Shown: positions 62,086-64,000 of the stretch, piece by piece
Layout: each line of letters opens with the position of its first letter
How positions within the stretch are numbered: position 1 is the stretch's first letter
From: Eledone cirrhosa
Taxonomy: Eukaryota
NCBI GenBank assembly: GCA_964016885.1
Contig: OZ024743.1
Location: forward strand, 165,168,001-165,232,000
Length of the DNA stretch: 64,000 nt
Reading direction: 5' to 3'
Program-made: the position numbers and the translations under genes
Notes under the pieces: generated by a model
What the model was told of the DNA's origin: nothing
Seen by the model: the letters and a program-made list of their open reading frames with translations, nothing else
Database searches by the model: none

Positions 62086-62257
62086 TTTTCGTGTGCTATC
62101 AACTAATCTGACCTCCAAAATGTTCGCCATCGACCCCCCCCCCCCCCCCGAAAATGGAAACCTTAACCTTAATTCTAAACCTAACCCTAATCCTAATCCT
62201 GAAAAAAAATCGGTTGCAAGCATCTTGGAAATCAGATTTGTTGATAGCACACGAAAA
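62086..62257. mobile_element. Short inverted-repeat element (MITE-like); an extra left arm lies at ~61802
   Basis: TTTTCGTGTGCTATCAAC.AATCTGA ... TCAGATTTGTTGATAGCACACGAAAA. Confidence 0.65.
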
Positions 62258-62477
62258 TAACAAAGAAAAATAATTATTTCACACCAAATACAAAGGAGCG
62301 TAGATCGGCAAAACTCCTGTAGTGATGGGGGTCACCATTATGTTGTGGATAGAATTATTCTTTTCAAGTGAATAATAAAAAGAACGATGCCAGGATTGTG
62401 ATGTTGACAATGTTTATTTACAATAACAAAATTCACTTGTTAGTACATTGAATATCGAGTAACAAAATCGTGACACC

Positions 62478-62662
62478 GGATTGGCAGTATCGGTAGAGGG
62501 TCAGACACCATGCTTTCCAGCATAGTTACGTCCCTTTACGATCTGAGTTCAAACCCCGCCGAGGTTGACCTTGCCTTTCATCCTTACGGGGTTGATAAAA
62601 TAAAGTACCAGTAATGCACTGGGTTATTGATGGCCTTGTGCCAAAAGTAGAAACAATTATTT
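62478..62662 (+). mobile_element. SINE family A, near full length
   Basis: A-box, B-box GAGTTCAAACCC, core and tail. Confidence 0.9.
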
Positions 62663-63244
62663 TCTTACTAGCTACTTCGAGATAGCGGAGATGCATGTAT
62701 CAATAAAACGATACAATAAAAGTGAAATAACAGGAAGTCGAAAGAGTAGGGGGGAAATATAAGTAAACCTATGAAGCTGGTCAATCTACCGAGCTGGTAT
62801 GAAATGTAAGAGCCTGTAAGGCCAGGAGAGAGAGAGAGAGAGAGAGTAAAAGGTCTGTAGATAGTGAATGGGCTACATCGTTAACCTCTCACAGACTCCT
62901 GCTTCGGGTCTCTCTGGTGGATTCCCTAGGTACTTGTATTTATAATAACCTTATAGCTAGAAGGATGTGTATATGGGTTGATTTATGAGTAGCCATGTGT
63001 GTTTCATCTGTCAAGAATGGTGTCACAGGTCAAGTGGTATGTACGTTTATCATAGTTGTCTCTTGACAAGACAATGGTGGTTTTAGAGGCGAGAACCCTC
63101 AGATTCGGTTTCGAATCTTCGCCAGGTAAAACATAGGAGTATTCCGTTACACTCCGGTGGTCTTTCCTCCCCCTTTCCACCTCCTTTTTCTACAAAGTTA
63201 GTCGTTTCCGACTGGTTCGGAAGTCAGATTCGTTGATAATATAC

Positions 63245-63960
63245 CACCTCATTGTAGTTCGCGTAAAAGCCCTAATTAATAGAACATATCGTTTTGAAAG
63301 AAAAAAAACCTGCACTGATAGGAAATGCATAGTCTGCAAATTAAGCCCACAAACTAACTGCAAAACTAGGAATGTACTATATTGTATAAGATGTACTAAG
63401 GGACAGTGTAGTAATAAGAACACAACTTACATAAGTGAGACAGACCGTAGCATAGGAGAAAAAATAAGTAAACACTGTCGAGAACTCCAAGATGGGAAGA
63501 ACTCATCAGTACTCCACCAACATGCGAAAATGGCACATGGGGGCACACTAGAGAACATAGAAATAAATATTATATCCACACACAGAAAAGGCGCAATGCT
63601 CCAAAACGAACTCCAACCAAAATTAAACAGAAAACATGAGTGGAATAACAACAACATCACAAGTAGTAACTAAGGACAAGATAAATACATACAGACACAC
63701 ATAAGGACCAAACTAATAAAACAAACCAGACACACAGATAGAACAAGCAACCAACTAGCGACAAGTAAATAAATAAAAACACACACACACACCCGGATAT
63801 AATTGCATGCACAACCCAAGCATACAGCACACAACACACAGAAACAAGATGGTGTAGGACAGAACAAAGGAGAGACACAAAATAACAAATTAGTCTCTGA
63901 GGAGGTTACAGAATGTGTGACGAAAGCGCTTTGGCACTAAATAAATCACCATCCGGTATA
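63245..63960 (+). mobile_element. Penelope-like element 3' fragment (GIY-YIG endonuclease plus terminal region)
   Basis: ORF 63233..63673: CIVC...NCKTRNVLYCIRC...YISETDRSIGEKISKH...PKLN. A degenerate hammerhead motif lies at ~63890-63940. Confidence 0.85.
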
Positions 63961-64000
63961 TATATATATATGCAAAAGAAACCAAAGAACGTTTACATAC

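Overview
Repeat-dense, AT-rich animal genomic DNA, most likely from an octopod cephalopod; this is inferred from the SINE/RTE families, not from a search. The only host gene I can support is a minus-strand SCLT1-like gene (sodium channel and clathrin linker 1, a centriole distal-appendage/ciliogenesis coiled-coil protein). I reconstructed 14 short coding exons (37-127 nt) between 61425 and 3948. All have GT-AG boundaries and phase-compatible junctions, giving 348 codons (MENTNNNFLKDQVQRLNTQLLWYQKK...ILTPLLTEYD...EEAGKATRKE). The gene continues off the left edge, and an RFX X-box lies about 110 bp upstream of the ATG. Nearly everything else is intronic transposon sequence: an L1/Tx1 LINE, many RTE LINEs, CR1, CRE, R4/Dong and Ingi-like LINEs, a CsRn1-type Ty3/Gypsy element with both LTRs, Helitrons, a Penelope fragment, tRNA-derived SINEs, and TA- and TTAA-type MITEs. 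Highlights: (i) an apparently intact minimal hammerhead ribozyme just 3' of the R4/Dong-like (RLE) ORF; (ii) a C4HC3 PHD finger inserted inside the RT domain of one RTE lineage; (iii) a perfect 7x45-bp tandem array of a SINE Pol III head; (iv) several mechanistic footprints, including a twin-priming-type inversion, a ~155-bp flanking duplication and insertions hard against splice donors. TE boundaries are approximate, and family names come from motif recognition only.
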